Assembly (NCBI RefSeq): GCF_006345805.1
Contig: NC_043003.1
Location: 46,748,001 to 46,812,000, forward strand
Length of the DNA: 64,000 nucleotides
Reading direction: 5' to 3'
From: Octopus sinensis
Lineage: Eukaryota
Shown: in pieces, positions 40,515 through 54,341 of the stretch
How the letters are laid out: the number at the start of each line of letters is the position of its first letter
Position numbering within the stretch: the first letter of the stretch is position 1
The notes under the pieces: model-generated
Told to the model about the DNA's origin: nothing
What the model saw: the letters and a program-made list of their open reading frames with translations, nothing else
Databases searched by the model: none
Translations under genes and position numbers: made by a program

Positions 40515-40933
40515 GGATTCCAGAACATCCCACTGTGCTTGAGGAGACCTATGAGTCAAGTACATGAACATCGAAACAATATCAATGGAAATAGTAGTTG
40601 TGATACCTGTGCCGGTGACACATAAAAAACACCATCCGAACGTGGCCGATGCCAGCGCCGCCTTGGCTGGCTTCCGTACCGGTGGCACGTTAAAAGCAAC
40701 AACCGATCGTGGCCGATGCCAGACTCCCCTGGCACCTGTGCCGGTGGCACGTAAAAAGCACCCACTACACTCGCGGAGTGGTTGGCGTTAGGAAGGGCAT
40801 CCAGCTGTAGAAACACTACCAGATCAGACTGGAGCCTGGTGCAGCCCCTGGCTTCCCAAACCCCGGTCGAACCGTCCAACCCGTGCTAGCGTGGAAAACG
40901 GACGTTAAACGATGATGATGATGATGATGATGA
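40511..40933 (+). mobile_element. SINE with RTE-like tail and internal triplicated motif
   Basis: Three GT(G/A)CCGGTG(G/A)CAC..AAAA units, GTTGGCGTTAGGAAGGGCATCCAGCTGTAGAAAC, CCGTCCAACCCGTGCTAGCGTGGAAAACGGACGTTAAAC(GAT)n end. Confidence 0.75.
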
Positions 40934-40952
40934 TATACAGAGAACGAGAGAG

Positions 40953-41006
<54 letters not shown>

Positions 41007-41874
41007 GGAGTGAGAGAGAGAGAAGGCAGGCAGAAATGTAATCATAAGTATGAGCAAGAGAAATATAACTGAGTACTCAATACAGAAAGTATAGTGATAA
41101 TAAAAAGTTACCTGGAGTGTCTTGTTGCCGATATTCAGACGATTATGAAAAACAGAACATAAAATTTACAATATAATAATTAACCTGCTGCAAAGACGTT
41201 TGCATATCATAGAAAAGACTGGTTCATTGACAGGTTCATGATAGAATCTTAGTTTGAAAATTAGGAAAGTTATCACTTAGAAGAATGGTATGGAGTAGAA
41301 TATTTTATTCAAGGCAATGTGATATTACTCAGAAGATAATCATGTATACACAAATATATATATGAGTGTATATATTAAAGTACAAGGGAAAGGAGTCAAA
41401 GTGTCAGTCTTTAAAATCGGAAGAGGAAAAACAATATATTACAATTTTCAATTCTGCCGAGGTCGACTTTGCCTTTCATCCTTTCGTGGTCGATAAATTA
41501 AGTACCAGTTGCGTACTGGGGTAGATCTAATCGACTGCCCCACCTCCCCAAACAGAAATGAATATATTACAATTCTCGTAGACTTTCCCTTTTAAGCAGA
41601 ATTAGTAATTAGAGGCAATTGCTTCGGATAATGAAATAGAACTAAGGGAAGTGGAGTCCTGGAATTACATGACTAGCTAACCTTAATTTCATTGCTATTA
41701 AGCAGCTAATGAAATCTAGGATTTTATGATTGATCGGAAAATAAAAAGAGATAAAGTATGAAAGTACATTTATCCTATGTGCCAACTTATAACAATATTT
41801 CTTTCGGTATATTTTTAAACATGAAAACATTGGCACTGGTCGAGTATTGTATTTTATCTGCAAAGCAACGATTA

Positions 41875-42267
41875 AGAACTATATTTCTTTGAAGTTGTGT
41901 GTCTGTCTCCTACGATTTAGATTCCTAACTACTCCCACATTTTGCGGTGCAGTTTAACCAAAACCGGGTATCTTATAGTCGTGATTCATATCGAGCCCTT
42001 CTGGGTATTAGCGCGCGTCTACGATGAGTCTACGATTTTAAAAATAATTTACCATCATTTTTCCATTTTAATGCATTTTTTCGCTATTATATAAGGGAAG
42101 TAACTCTCTAAAAATGTCTACGATGAGTCAACGATTTAAAAAAAAATTTACCATCATTTTTTTTCCATTTTTAATGCATTTTTTTGATATTTTTTGGTTA
42201 TAACTCTAAAAATGCTTATATAGTTATTTCCCTTACAAACCCGAGCAACGCCGGGCGATACTGCTAG
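41875..42267 (+). mobile_element. Non-autonomous Helitron
   Basis: 3' GC-rich hairpin CCCGAGCAACGCCGGG then CTAG (42264-42267) followed by T; internal ~75-bp duplication; 5' end approximate. Confidence 0.75.
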
Positions 42268-43267
42268 TTTATTAATAAAAGCCTTTCAGGTTTTTGTCTC
42301 TAAATTTGAAGTAATATCTAAAAGAAATCACCTATGCAAAGTTGTGCGTCTTAGAATTATTTATCCACAAAGCCCATTCTAAATTTATCTCGTGATCTTT
42401 CATATAACGAGAAACTCGTCCATTTCTCCATTTCTCGGTAAAAACCTTCTCGCAAAGTAGGAAATATTTTACGCAAAAAGCCAATATATAAATTCCGATA
42501 ATTTCATATAAATCAACACCACTGCAGGATCCCAGGGAAATATAAAACACTTTGACTATGATTCTTTTCTTTTGGTGAGCGGGTTAAGCCAGGTTGAATT
42601 ATCGAAAAACAAGCGATTTTCTTGCATGCATAATAATCTTAATGTCAGATTCACAAATTCCTATGGCGTTGTTGGCGAAAGTTAAGAAACTAAGAAGTCA
42701 ACGAAGGACTAAATTATAGAAATATTACCGAATTATAGAAATAATAAATTGCGTGAATTTTCTATTTCGCTGGTCGTTAATATTGCTAATCAATTCTATT
42801 ACGGCTGTACTCTTATTTCATAACGTGAAAGAAATGTTTTTTTGTTCTTAGTATAATGGAATCCACACTGCGCTTGTGAACTATGGCTAATTCAATTTGA
42901 GTGGGGTTGATTAAACTGCTATTTGAGTTGTTAAGTGAAATCGAGTGTGAAATTTTAAAGTTTAATGTATAGTGTAAGAGGAAAGGCAAGTAACAGTGTG
43001 TTTAGCTTCAACGTTTATAGAATTATATGCGTTAGAGCCATATTTTTTGGTAATATTGTCTGATATGAGTTAATATGTACTTCGCTCTTATAAAGACATT
43101 TCTCTCTATACTGTAAAGTCTAGCTCGATTGTACATGAATTTGAATAGAAATTGACAGTGATCAAGAATTCCAGCTTATAAAGTAAGAGAAGTTGTAGAT
43201 TTTCCTGGAACTTACACCATTTTAAATTTTAAAATGTCTACAGTTCTTTACTAGTTACAGTTTTTTT

Positions 43268-43471
43268 TACTCTTTTTACTTGTTTAAGTCATTTGACTGT
43301 GGCCATGCTGGAGCACCGCCTTTAGTCGAGCAAATCGACCCCAGGACATATTCTTTGTAAGCCTAGTACTTACTCTATCGGTCTATTTTGCCGAACCGCT
43401 AAGTGAAGGAGACGTAAACACACCAGCATCGGTTGTCAAGCGATGCTGGAGGGACAAACACAGACACACAA

Positions 43472-43503
<32 letters not shown>

Positions 43504-43530
43504 ACACACACTCACACACACACACACACG

Positions 43531-43579
<49 letters not shown>

Positions 43580-43748
43580 TTATACGACGAACTTCTTTTA
43601 GTTTCTGTCTACCAAATCCACTCACAAGGCTTTGGTCGGCCCGGGGCTATAGTATAAGACACTTGACCAATGTGCCACGCAGTGGGACTGAACGAAGAAC
43701 CATGTGGTTGGTAAGCAAGCTACTTACCACTCAGCCACTCCTGCGCCT
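43268..43748 (-). mobile_element. Family A SINE, full length
   Basis: Near-consensus match to the 28610 copy. Confidence 0.9.
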
Positions 43749-44417
43749 ATGTTAAAGAAATATTTTCTCGTTTCAAAGGCACCAATTCTTTGATTATTAG
43801 AGAGGATTTCCTTATCTTAATTCCGAACTTCTTATTTATCTGAGATTCATCAGTAACTTTGTTTCCAATTATTTATGTACACTTTCTCATTCTTCTTACA
43901 AAAATTTCCAACTCGATAAAGCATTTACTGTCAAATGAAATGCTTGATCCTCGGTCACGCTATCACTCATTTATAGCAGCTTTGATTAAAAGTTGGGCTA
44001 AAGCCTCTGTCTTAGTGAGAAATTACTGATATTATTTTAAGATGATAACGGGTTGAACAAGCGTTCAGAAATGTGTGATCACTACTGACAATTTCCATAG
44101 TTTTTGCATTGCACATACGTGACTCGAAATGGCTGTCAAAATTAGTGATAAGCCATCATAAGTTAGACTGAGCGAGCAAAATTTACAAAAACTAATACGT
44201 TATAATTATTTTTACCAACTTAAATGTCATTAGTTATTTCCCTTGCACTGTTATTTCTTTTTACAAACGCTTCACAAATTGCCAATATAAACAAATTTTG
44301 TTCATAGATACATTTACATATTTCTGATATCTGTTTAGCTCACATGGATTAATCACGTGATTTCAGATTCTCCGTCTCTAAAAGTCTTCTGTCTGTCTCT
44401 CTGACTCCCCTCCCTTT

Positions 44418-44842
<425 letters not shown>

Positions 44843-45125
44843 GTGGAGGCGCAATGTCCTAGTGGTTAGGGCAGCGGACTCGCGGTCGTAGGATCGCGGT
44901 TTCGATTCCCAGACCGGGCGTTGTGAGTGTTTATTGAGCAAAAACACCTAAAAGCTCCACGAGGCTCCAGCAGGGGAGGTCCCTGTACTCTTTCACCACT
45001 CTTTCTTCTGTTGGCCTGCTCGCTTAGCCAGCGGGGTGGCGTCATTCGAAGGCTAAAACAATGCGAACGCATTGTGACCAGCGATGTGTAACTACATCTG
45101 ATGGACTGGTCGGTCACGTGATGGT

Positions 45126-45133
<8 letters not shown>
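44843..45133 (+). mobile_element. Family C SINE, tail type 3, inserted in (TA)n
   Basis: Head nearly identical to 27057; unique tail ending (GGTCACGTGAT)2. Confidence 0.85.
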
Positions 45134-45193
<60 letters not shown>

Positions 45194-45903
45194 AGAGTGA
45201 GAGAGAGAGAGAGGTATATACATATATACTCATAACATACCAATAATATAAATATGTACTTTTGTGGGGTGGTTGGAAAGCGGAATTCCTGTGAATTATC
45301 ACGAAATTTCAATTTGTGTGTGTGTGCGTGTGTTTGTGTATGGTTATGTGTGTTGGTGTGTATGTGTGTGTGTACAGGTGTGTGTGTGCATGTGTCTGTG
45401 CGTGCGCGCGTGTTTGTAATTATATCTGTACGTTTGTGTGTGCATGCGTCTGCGTGTGTGTGCAACAGCTGTATGTGTGTATGCATGTCCATGCTGCGTG
45501 TATGTGTTTGCGTGCGCGCGTATAATCATATCTGTACGTTTGTGTGTGCGTATGTATGCGTGTATGTACCACAGCTGTGTGCGCGCTCGCGCGCGTGCGT
45601 GTGTGTGTGTGTGCTTGCTTGCGTTTGCATGTATATGCACGTATGATTTGTATGTTCATGTATGTGTGGAATGAAGACGTGTGTGTCTGTGTACACGCGC
45701 CTATGTGTATTATTGCAATGTGTGTGCGTGTGAGTGTGTGTCTGTGAATCTTTTCGTTTGTGTGCGCGGGTGTGTGCGTGTATGTGTGTGTGTGTGTGTG
45801 TGTATTTGTGTGTATGTGTGCTTATGTGCATGTGGGTGTTTGTGTGTACGTTTGTGCTTACGTAAACATGCTTGTGTGTGTATGTGTGTGTATGTGTGTG
45901 TGT

Positions 45904-45942
<39 letters not shown>

Positions 45943-46850
45943 GTGTGTGTGTGTGTGTAAACACAGCTGAATATTTAGAAAACTTCAAACCAGTCAGAAA
46001 TCATCAGTGGATTATCGTCAATACGATCAAATATCTCTTATTAAGACTTCAATAGGCTTGTTTCTTTTAACTTTATTTTTTCTCCTAACCTCTTTCTCTG
46101 GCACCTGATCCTTCTTTTCCATATTGCTATGTGCGCTGACAACAATGGAACAAATGAGAGAATTTCTATGTCGATTGACCGACCTGGTAGAAACAACAGC
46201 AAAATCTCTCATAAATCACATAACCGCTTTAGAAAAAAAAGATACGTTGGACAATATGGCTAGTACAATGTCGGTGTCCGAGAGCCTCACGGTTACAGGG
46301 GGTCCAGTTGTGATCTATGCGGTTCGCTGTCAACAAAAAAATTCTATAGGCCCCAATGCATTGATTTACTGGGGCTCTATAAAGCTTCTGTGAAAGACCT
46401 GAATGTGGTCTCAGAAAAGCGGAACGGTTATCGCTGAAAACCCTTCAATCTAGGTTTATTCGTTCAACTTAACGACAGTTATATTGAAGAGATCTTCCTT
46501 ATTGTAGCATAAAACAACAATCATATGATATGGCGGTTTGATTGATTCTCTCTGTGAGGCGTCGTCTACGACTATGTACCGCCATCTTTGCTAACATATT
46601 TGTAGCATTTTTGTACTATACCCCACAAATCTTTGATTTTGCTTCGGCTTGCCAGCCTTAAACATGTTTTGGGATATACTATGCTTCCAGATATACCGTA
46701 CTTCCAGATATGAAATAATTTTTAATACGTGAATCGTCTTAATATATAAAATTCACTAAAAAGCCAGTTAACAAGATTCACATCCTACCTAACCTTTATT
46801 AGCTCAGAAACAGTGGAAGAAAGTAATCTCATTTAATCAACCACATAACT

Positions 46851-47300
46851 TTGACGTTAGCAGAGCATAGCCAAAAAAGTTTTCTAGCTCTTGTAATACA
46901 GCAATTTTCACTGATACTTAAATACAACAAATACAACAAATTTTTCGATACACAGAATATTAAGTTCATCTATTATTGCCTGGACTACGTATTACAATCG
47001 GCTTCTTGGATAACATTACAATCGATATTATACAACCACACAAGCCACTTCAACAGCACACATGTAGCTGTTAAAATATATTTACCCGTCTGCTCAAAGG
47101 ATGTTGTCTTTTCAAAAGCACATCGGTCATATATAATACCTCTAGACATCATCGAAAGGAATCACAGAAAAATCATAAAGAAGAATTTCGAGTATCGTTA
47201 CCATCAACATCTTCACTTACTTAGGAAAAGGAACATGAGAAATTCTAGGCCGATACTGAAATATATCTAGAATCTCAAGGTCCACTTGAATAACATACAG
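46851..47300 (+). pseudogene. Possible decayed CR1-type LINE RT C-terminus
   Basis: LDIIERNHRKIIKK..YHQHLHLL..RPILKYI weakly resembles IxxLExVQRRxTK..YxERLxxL..RRxxxDLxxxYKI. Confidence 0.35.
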
Positions 47301-48014
47301 CATTATAGACAAGGCCAGGCTATATTCTTTCCATGAAAGCGATCAGTTTTGTTACTCTTTTTGCTTTGAAATATAGTTAGCTCTGTCACAGCAATCTCGC
47401 TCTTGGAACCACTCTATCGGAGTAAAATAATAAATATTACCTCTCATTAGCAGAAAGCCACCAATTTTAGTTAAATCCACAGTCGATTAAATCAACTACA
47501 TGTATTTATTTTATGTATCTTAGATTAAGGAGCTTGTGCACGTTCACATGTTGGGTTAAAGGTATGCAACAGATCAATCATTGAGTTACTGCATTTCTGA
47601 TATTAAAAGTGGAATGTTTTGGGGATTTTTGTTTAGTTATTTTTTGTTTTTGTTTTTTCAATTAATCGTTTTCTCGCCAGTATGTATACATATTTTCGTA
47701 TAAATTTGAAAACGGTGTAAAAATGACGTAACTAGGTAATACAAGGCGTCAAATCCGAAACTTTATCGCCCTAGCATTCCAGCTTTGTATCCAACTAAAT
47801 TTATATTTGTGAGTGTGTGTGTGGTGCGTGTGTGTGTGGTGCGTGTGTGTGTAGTTAGTGTGTGTGTGGTGCGTGTGTGTGTGGTGCGTGTGTGTGTGTG
47901 GTGCATGTGCGTGTGGTGCGTGTGTGTGTGGTGTGTGTGTGGTGCGTGTGTGTGTGGTGCGTGTGTGTGTGGTGCGTGTGTGTGTGTGTGTGTGTGTATG
48001 TGTAATAATAATAA

Positions 48015-49210
48015 TCTATATATAAAACTCTTTGTCTGTCTTTCTGTTTCTTATGCACTCTCAAACGGCTCCACCAAATCAAATCAAATTCTACAAGGTA
48101 ATAGTATTAGACTCCACGAGTGTCAACGTGTAATTTTTATTTTCATTTCGTTTAAAACAATATCACATTTTCTCGAAAATAATCTTTCTATTTTCAACTA
48201 TAGTAAAGGACATTTTATACCACAACGACGACGTCACATTTTGTATATGAGTGTGTATGTGTCTGTCAGTGTGTGTTTGCGCATTCGTTACCTACGACAT
48301 AGAAAAGGACATTTTATACAACCACCACCACGATACATTTTGTATATGAGTATATATGTGCCTGTGAGTGTGTGTGTTAGTGTGTTCGTTACGTACGACA
48401 TAGTAAAGGACATTTTATACCACCACCCCGATACATTTTGTAAATGGGTGTATATGTGTTTGTGAGTATGTCAGTGTTTGCGCGTTCGTTACGTAAATGT
48501 ATATATGTGTGTGTCTGTCTTAGTATATGTATGTGAGTGTAAGTGAGAGTGTATGTGTGTGTCAGTGTATGCGCGGGTGTATGTGTCATTGTCAATTACA
48601 CTGATGTAAACTGGCTCCAACTAATGAAATGGTTGATAAACTCAATCACGAACTTCAAAAGTTAACAGATACATCAGAAATGACTTTTCCATCAATTCAC
48701 ACACCAGTCAATCAAGATCATACTGTTCAATACCTGTTGAATTTCTGAACACACCTAAACACACTGAGATGCCACAGCATAACTTGACACGAAAGTTGTT
48801 GCTTAGGAATTTTGTTGCTTCGGAATTTTGAACCACCTCGCCTGTACAGTGAAGCTCGCTTAATTGTTACTTCCATGAAGCCTCATGTCCTACAGGCAAC
48901 AATCATAATAGGTAATCACAAAGAAGAAAATGTCTTAATTCTAAAATTTCTTCTCATACTTACAGATGTTCCATTTGAATTTAAGGGGCTTCAGTTTCCA
49001 GTCAAACTAAGTTTTGGTATTTCAATTAACAAATCTCAGGTTCAGTCCCTCAACATAGTTTGACTTCATCTCTCTACTACATGCTTCTCCCATGGCCAAC
49101 ACTTTTTTGGTTACTCACGAGTTGGAAGCAGCAACATTTTATTCATATGGACACCAGCAAAAGATTGCACAATGAATATTGTTTGCACTGAAATGCTTCA
49201 AGATTGACAG
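48015..49210 (+). mobile_element. Helitron derivative with PIF1-helicase C-terminal remnant
   Basis: A|TCTATATATAAAA 5' end; MLLRNFEPPRL..RLIV..FEFKGLQFPVKLSFGISINKSQVQSL..CFSHGQ are Helitron helicase motifs; three ~100-bp tandem units at 48201-48495. Confidence 0.85.
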
Positions 49211-49348
49211 ATTTTCAGTTCTAAATTCTATTATCCTTACAATTTGGATGTTTTAAAATAAAATATAGGTAGTTTTGAAATAATTATGAGAAAATGTATA
49301 TATCTTCATATTCATTGTTTACTGATCTGAATAAGAACAGCAGTAACC

Positions 49349-49396
<48 letters not shown>

Positions 49397-49406
49397 CGAT
49401 GATGAC

Positions 49407-49445
<39 letters not shown>

Positions 49446-50090
49446 AAACAAAAGTCTCTTGAAAGTGAGCGAAGCCCACGGGAATAATATTGTATATTCT
49501 GTGGACTTTGTAAATAAGAAGAGAATTTGACATTATTGTCATGATTTTTAATACCACTGACACTCACACACACAAACACACACACACACACACATATACA
49601 CACATACACACACACACCACATGCATACATACTTACATAGATACACGCACATACGCACATTTCTCAAACTGTTCAATATCTAGAAGAAGAAGAAAAAAAA
49701 AATCTAATTGAATTAAAAGACTCTGTACAAGAGAACAGCAAGTTCATTCTCCTCTCAAACATAATACAAGCAATATTAGTCACAGCCTGCTCTTTTATAG
49801 TAAATAAATAAAAAAAAAAACCTACGGAATGAAACCCGTTAAAAACATTATGTTTACATAACTTTTATGTTTATATTAAGCTCAGAAAGCCTTTGTATAC
49901 GTCTCATCTCTTTTCAATGTGAGTTAATTCTATTTTTAGTCGTGGCCAGCTTTGAGATCCTGATTTACACGGACACTTACACACACACAGAAGTATGCAC
50001 GAATACATACATATACATAAATACATACCTACCTATATATTTATATACACTCATACACAGTAACGTATACACACACACACACATATATAA

Positions 50091-50153
<63 letters not shown>

Positions 50154-50233
50154 CTAATACATAATACACACGTATATGCACATATATTTAAACCTACATA
50201 CATAGATGCAATCATACATATATACACACATAC

Positions 50234-50275
<42 letters not shown>

Positions 50276-50409
50276 GTGTATATGCACACATGCATATACA
50301 CATTTGTATACATACACATATATATATATATACGTGCGTATATACACACATGTAATATATGCATATATAACACACACATATGTGTGTGTGTGTATGTATA
50401 TATATACAT

Positions 50410-50442
<33 letters not shown>

Positions 50443-50484
50443 GTGATAATGGCGACGATGTCACGACGTATATTATTATATATA

Positions 50485-50532
<48 letters not shown>

Positions 50533-50978
50533 CATAATGCATACATAACACACATACATGCATACACGTGCATGCATACATGTACACATACAAATATAAA
50601 ACATATATACACATAAACATAATAAACAAATACATGCAAAGAAGTAGTACATACAAAATAACCGCAGTCAATGTAATAGCGGTTGAGTTAGTATACTATT
50701 ATTTTTTCATTACTTGAATTTACCTGCCGAAGAGGTATTCATCAAGTGCCTTAAACGCAGACAGATTTATCATTGAACTTCTGTGGCGCTAGACGATGTG
50801 TTGTAGATTTCTCATTAGTCCCATATTTTTTACCTCTATCAGTTGTATTTTACTGTTGTAATTAGTAGGTAAAAATTTTTGTGGCGGCATTTCGACATGA
50901 TCTCGGTTCTTTTACTTTAAATAACCTTTTATAATCTTTTGTATCATATAACATTTTACTGATGTCATTGGTTTGCCT

Positions 50979-51224
50979 CAGTGGTTCTCAACCATTTTTT
51001 GGCCTATGGACCTATTAATTCCTATTTTACTCAACCGAACCGCCGTCGGCATAGTTTAAAAAATAAAACATCCAAATGTATTTTTATAATTAAATAGTAT
51101 TAGGAATTGTATTTAATAATGTATTGTAGAAGTATAAGCCATTTATTGCACATAAATTTTAATGACAAATTCTACCCCATCCCCATCCCACAAGGGCCAT
51201 AAGGACTCCGGTTGAAAACCAGGG
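50979..51224. mobile_element. hAT-like MITE, third copy
   Basis: CAGTGGTTCTCAACC ... GGTTGAAAACC. Confidence 0.75.
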
Positions 51225-51827
51225 GAGTAGGCTGTACTGTGTTCGATGAAAAAGACAGTAGTATTTCTATTTTCTGAATTTCTGCAAGTGGATTTATGGT
51301 GGTTGAGAAAACGGCTTTAAATCTGGTTGTATTCAAACTGATGTAAGTATCAAACCTTGAAAATAAGTCGATTCATTCGACTAGAAATTCATCAAAGACG
51401 TGCCCCTGCTTAGCCGCAGTCTAATGAGTGAAACAAGAAAAAGATTTTTAAAATCATATGCAGATGAATTCTCAACCTTAACCAATGGGGACCCTATACA
51501 GCCACCAAAACTGAAAAGTGGAAAGAGGGAAGTTACACGCAAATCGGGGATTTTGCTAAAGGGATCAAAGCGTTAATGTTGAAGCTGGTGACAGATTAGA
51601 TTTACCAGTTTCCACACCATATCCGTAGACCAAGTTGCACTCTAAGAGATTTTATTAACCCGATACTATGATAGAGAAAACTTGGCTAAAATGATGCGCA
51701 TTCGAAACAAACCCCTAATCATGTAGTTCTTAAGCAGACGTCATAAACACCCAAGTATATCTGCGCCCATACTAGTTTACGAAATTTTACAGTTGGACTA
51801 ATCTGCCGTCCCTCCAATAAGTTAATG

Positions 51828-52290
51828 TTCTTTTCTACTCTAAGCACAAAGCCCGAAATTTTGGTGGAGGGAGCCAGTCGATTACATCGTCCCCAGTACG
51901 CAACTGGTTCTTAATTTATCGACGCTAAAAGGATGACAGGCAAAGTTGACCTCGGCGGAATTTGAACTCAGAACGTAAAGTCAGACAAATACCGCTAAGA
52001 ATTTTGCCCGGCGTGCTAACGTTTCTACCAGCTCACCGCCTTACAATTAGTTAATATTAGCAGCCTATAGGGCGGCGAGTTGTCAGAATGGTCAGTACGC
52101 TGGATAAAATGTTTTGCGGTATATCTTTCTGCTCTTTGCGTTCTGAGTTCATATTCCGCCGAGGTTGACTTTGCTTCTCGTCCGTTCCAGGATCGATAAA
52201 ATAACTATCAGTTGAGCATTGGGATCGATGTAATCGGCTTACCTCCTCCACCGTAATTGCTGGATTTGAGTCAAAATTTGAAACCAATAT
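51828..52290. mobile_element. Head-to-head pair of family B SINEs (minus 51828-52043, plus 52068-52290)
   Basis: B head and core motifs in opposite orientations about 25 bp apart. Confidence 0.85.
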
Positions 52291-52534
52291 TAACAGCATA
52301 TCTGAATGTAACCAGTAACTTTTCATAAGCCCAGTTCAAAAAGTGTCTTGTGGTAAGAGTAAAATAATGGTGAGGACCATAGCTGCTGCCCAGAATGAGA
52401 CTGCAGCACATGAACAAAGTGACTATAATTTGGTCACTCTACGGCCAAACTAGAGTGCTACTTGGTTACTATTTTAGTATTACTGTTACTGCATGTTCCT
52501 TAAACTAGTCTCTTCAAAATAGCTTTCAACAACA

Positions 52535-52790
52535 AGCGCAGATGTTACTGTGTGGTAAGGAGCTTGCTTCCCGACCATAAGGTTCTGAGTTCAGTATCAC
52601 TGCGTTGCACCTTCGGCAAATGTTTCCTATTATAGCCTCGGACTGACCAAAGCCTTGTGAATAAATTTGGTTGACTGAAAATGAAAGAAGACCCAAACAT
52701 ATATACAGACAGATAGTCAGAGAAGGAGAGAAAGTCTTCTACTATAGCCTTGGGCCGACCAAAGCCTTGTGAGTGGATATGTTTGGCGGA
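52535..52790 (+). mobile_element. Two partial family A SINE heads
   Basis: GTGTGGTAAGGAGCTTGCTTCC..CTATAGCCTCGGACTGACCAAAGCCTTGTG, then again CTACTATAGCCTTGGGCCGACCAAAGCCTTGTGAGTGGAT. Confidence 0.8.
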
Positions 52791-52817
52791 AACAGAAAGA
52801 AACCACCCGTAGATATA

Positions 52818-54083
52818 GCAGGCTGAGTAAAAAGTAAACAACGTTTTGAAACATGAATTTCATCACAATATATTTCAACAATGCGGAAATTTTATTCATC
52901 AAAGTAAGTACCATTGCAAGCAATACAATTTTGCCAACGAATTACAAGTTTGTTTATTCCGGTAGCATAAAAATCTAGAGTTCTAGAGCTGATGAACTCT
53001 TTAAATTCACTTTCAGCATCAGTTTGATTTTTGAACTCCTTGATTCGCTGGAAACCATCAAGGTGAAAAAGATGTAGTCGGTAGGAGAAAGGTCTGGGGA
53101 ATAAGCTGGGTGAGGAAGAACTTCGTAGCCAAATTCCCTCAACTTCTGGAACGTCATTAGTGAAACGTATGATCGAGCATTATCATGAAGAATGACTGGC
53201 CCTCTTCTGTTGACCAGTCTGGGACAGAGGAGTAGCACTTTTTCGTTCATTTTGGCAATTTCATGGCAATATGTTTCTGCAGTAATGGCTTTTCTGGGTT
53301 TTAAGAAGTTATAGTGGATGACTCCAGCAGTACACCACCAAACAGTCACCATAACCTTCTTTTTGAAGAGTTCGGATTTTGGGAAGGTTTTCGGTGCGGT
53401 GCTTCATTTTGGTCCAACCACTGCGAAGAACGTTTTTTATTATTGTACAGAATCTACTTTTCATCGCAAGTTACAATACGGTCGAGAAATGGATCGGTCT
53501 GGTTATGGGGAAGCGACGAGCAAATTTCATATCTGCGCATTTTCTGATTTTCATTCAAATTGTGTGGTACCTATTTGTCGAGATTTTTTTATTTTCCGAT
53601 CGCATACAAATGGTTGCATGCAGTTTTCTGGCTAATTTGAAGTTCTTTTGTCAGTTCTCGAGTGGTTTATGTGGATCTTTCTCAATGACGGTCTTTAATT
53701 AACCGTCATCGATGGCAGATGGGTGTCCACTACGCTCACAATTTTCAAGGCTCAGGTCTCCACTGCAAAATCTTTTAAACCATTTTCGAGCTGACTACTT
53801 ACCAAACATTTCATTGATATTGCGAGCAGTTTCAGCTGCTTTACGTCCTTTTTTGAAGTTGAATAGCAAAATTGCTCGAATATCGTGCTTTGACAGTTCC
53901 AGTCAGATTATTGTAACAACGGTGAAAAAAATATCAATGTTAATTTATTGATGCATTTGGGCATGTCTATGTCTGTATTATCAGACAATTGCAAAAAAAG
54001 GTTTAAAAAGATACAAGACTCTGCAAAAATCCGGTACAAATTCTTCATGGTTCAAAACGTTGCTTACTTTTTACTCAACCTGA
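52818..54083 (-). mobile_element. Full-length (~1.27 kb) mariner element, DD34D transposase pseudogene
   Basis: ~40-bp TIRs (CAGG(C/T)TGAGTAAAAA(A)GTAA(A/G)CAACGTTTTGAA(A/C)CATGAA), TA flanks; VTCDEK*, VILHDNAR, HPAYSPDLSPTDY; several stops and frameshifts. Confidence 0.92.
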
Positions 54084-54307
54084 TAGATATATATATGTAT
54101 GCTTGTGTGTGTCTTTTTGTATGTGTTTGTCTCCGACTAATGCTTGAGAACCAATGTTAGTGTGTTTACGTTCGTAACTTAGCCGTTCGGCAAACAATCC
54201 CGAGAGAATAAGTGACGTGTTTGATATATATATTCTCTCACCTCTGCCACTATCTGGCATATACAGGTGCTTACACTTATCAAGCATTCCCCTCTAAACC
54301 TACAGTG

Positions 54308-54341
<34 letters not shown>

